The notes under the pieces are model-generated. The model saw nothing but the letters and a program-made list of their open reading frames with translations. It searched no databases and was not told the origin of the DNA. Positions 62,862 through 64,000 of a stretch of 64,000 bases of DNA are shown one piece after another. A program made the translations under genes and the position numbers. Within the stretch, counting starts at the first letter, position 1, and each line of letters starts with the position of its first letter. Source of the stretch: a virus; the IMG/VR virus record IMGVR_UViG_3300042867_001113; one strand, given 5' to 3'.

Positions 62862-63328
62862 GCGGCGGAAGCTGGGGCTACCTTTACCGGAACATCAACG
62901 ATGCGGCCTTTGCGCTGCAAAGAGGCGCGGCGACCGAACGAGACTACGCGCTCGATCTGAACGATGAGCAGCGCGAGAAGCGCCGGAAGCTGGGTGAGCT
63001 TCTGGAGAAGGTCGCGCACGCTCTCCACGAGATTGAGTGGGTCGACAGCTGCGACTCTTCGTTCCCATCCGACACGCAGGCCATCGACGCCGTGTTCGCG
63101 AGCCTTGGGCGCGTTCCCAAGATAGAACTGCGGCATGACGATAAAGGTCTTCTGGACGAGGTGGTTGCCCACGAGGCGACGATTCACATGGAGGACATGG
63201 GTTCCTCGTGGTCGATCCTCATTGACGCGGGCGAAGATCACCTCAGTCTGTCGTTCGGAGGTCGCCTCAAAAGACCCCTTGTCATCGATCAGTCAGGATC
63301 TGTGATTTCCACTCACCCCAAACGCTAG
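62858..63328 (+). CDS. Hypothetical phage protein
   Basis: MSGGSWGYLY...ALHEIEWVDSCD motif. Confidence 0.6.
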   Translation: MSGGSWGYLYRNINDAAFALQRGAATERDYALDLNDEQREKRRKLGELLEKVAHALHEIEWVDSCDSSFPSDTQAIDAVFASLGRVPKIELRHDDKGLLDEVVAHEATIHMEDMGSSWSILIDAGEDHLSLSFGGRLKRPLVIDQSGSVISTHPKR

Positions 63329-63341
63329 CCCCGAGAACTGC

Positions 63342-63647
63342 ATGTCTGTTCAGAACGCTGTCATCACCCTCGCCCACGAAGCCATCGACAAGCTCGTGGC
63401 CCAGCTACAAGCCGACGCGCATCAGCACAGTTTTCAGCTGGATGCCCTCCAGATTATGAACCGCGAACTCACCGCCATGAACGAGAAGCTGCGCATGGCC
63501 AATGCCGAGCTGCAAGCAGAGTCGGCTCGACTGCAAGCAGAGATCGAGACGCGTGCTGCCACCACTGATCCAGCCGTCAAGGCCCCGCGAAAGCAGAGAG
63601 CGCCCAAGGCGCCCCCGGATCCCGTAGTCGACGCTGACCAGCCCTGA
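63342..63647 (+). CDS. Coiled-coil hypothetical protein
   Basis: 101-aa ORF. Confidence 0.55.
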   Translation: MSVQNAVITLAHEAIDKLVAQLQADAHQHSFQLDALQIMNRELTAMNEKLRMANAELQAESARLQAEIETRAATTDPAVKAPRKQRAPKAPPDPVVDADQP

Positions 63648-63648
63648 G

Positions 63649-63858
63649 TCAGCGCGAGCGCAGGAGCTTGATCGCCGTCAGCACCTCGTCGAGGGTGACG
63701 TGCGACGAGCCCAGCAGGCTCTCGTCTCCGAGCCAGAAGTCGACCTCGACGTCCTTCGGCGACGAAGCTTCGAGGTTGACGGATTCGGTGACCCGACTGC
63801 CGCTGCTCAAGCGCTGGAAGGTGACAGTGAGATCGGGGTCGGTCTTTTCAGTGGTCAT
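63649..63858 (-). CDS. Small hypothetical protein
   Basis: MTTEKTDPD..., GC3-rich codons. Confidence 0.5.
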   Translation of the reverse strand: MTTEKTDPDLTVTFQRLSSGSRVTESVNLEASSPKDVEVDFWLGDESLLGSSHVTLDEVLTAIKLLRSR

Positions 63859-64000
63859 TGAGGACTCGTTTCTTGGTGGTGGTGGTGCGAGCGAGCTTCT
63901 GTTCAGCGCCGAACATGACGCTCCAGATCTCGCCGTAGAGGTGAGCACGATCGTAGCCCTGCACCTTGCCAACCATCGTCTTGAAGTTCGAGTAGTCGAC
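63848..64000 (-). CDS. Partial hypothetical protein (3' end only)
   Basis: Manual translation VDYSNFKTMV...HLYGEIWSVM...* ending at TGA 63850-63848. Confidence 0.55.
   Translation of the reverse strand, partial: VDYSNFKTMVGKVQGYDRAHLYGEIWSVMFGAEQKLARTTTTKKRVLNDH

Noticed and set aside
1-64000. Alternative genetic code, tRNAs, introns or inteins in core genes
   Set aside because: Core genes are intact in the standard code with expected lengths; no cloverleaf or intein splicing motifs recognised by eye

Overview
The window is a continuous piece of a large, GC-rich tailed dsDNA bacteriophage genome; I see no host housekeeping genes, rRNA, tRNA or CRISPR array. From 1 to about 56.4 kb almost all genes are on the minus strand. 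They comprise a T4-type head and contractile-tail module (two gp19-type tube paralogues, a 950-aa sheath, gp13/gp14-like neck proteins, gp23 capsid, gp21 protease fused to a scaffold, gp20 portal, terminase), a family A DNA polymerase and a three-gene block of putative head-packaged effectors. These are followed by a recombination/replication module (ParB-like, two SSBs, RuvC and Hjc-like resolvases, Cas4-like nuclease, RecA, SF2 helicase, DnaG, DnaB, DnaC-like loader, initiator with internal iterons), a MoxR/VWA pair, thyX and a fibre-like protein. From 56.4 kb small accessory and nucleotide-metabolism genes lie mostly on the plus strand. The strongest leads are: (1) a 1598-aa protein with two tandem HipA/PI3K-like kinase domains plus a C-terminal ADP-ribosyltransferase-like domain, next to a zeta-toxin-like kinase, both with candidate prohead-protease processing motifs; (2) a probable programmed -1 frameshift (G GGA AAC) in a prohead core gene that exactly fills the gap to the protease gene; (3) a recurrent palindromic GGACCATATGG motif, one copy of which abuts the start of an unannotated Zn-finger/tandem ribbon-helix-helix gene; (4) a TGTTAC promoter-like motif confined to non-structural genes. 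All functional calls come from motif recognition by eye, not database searches.
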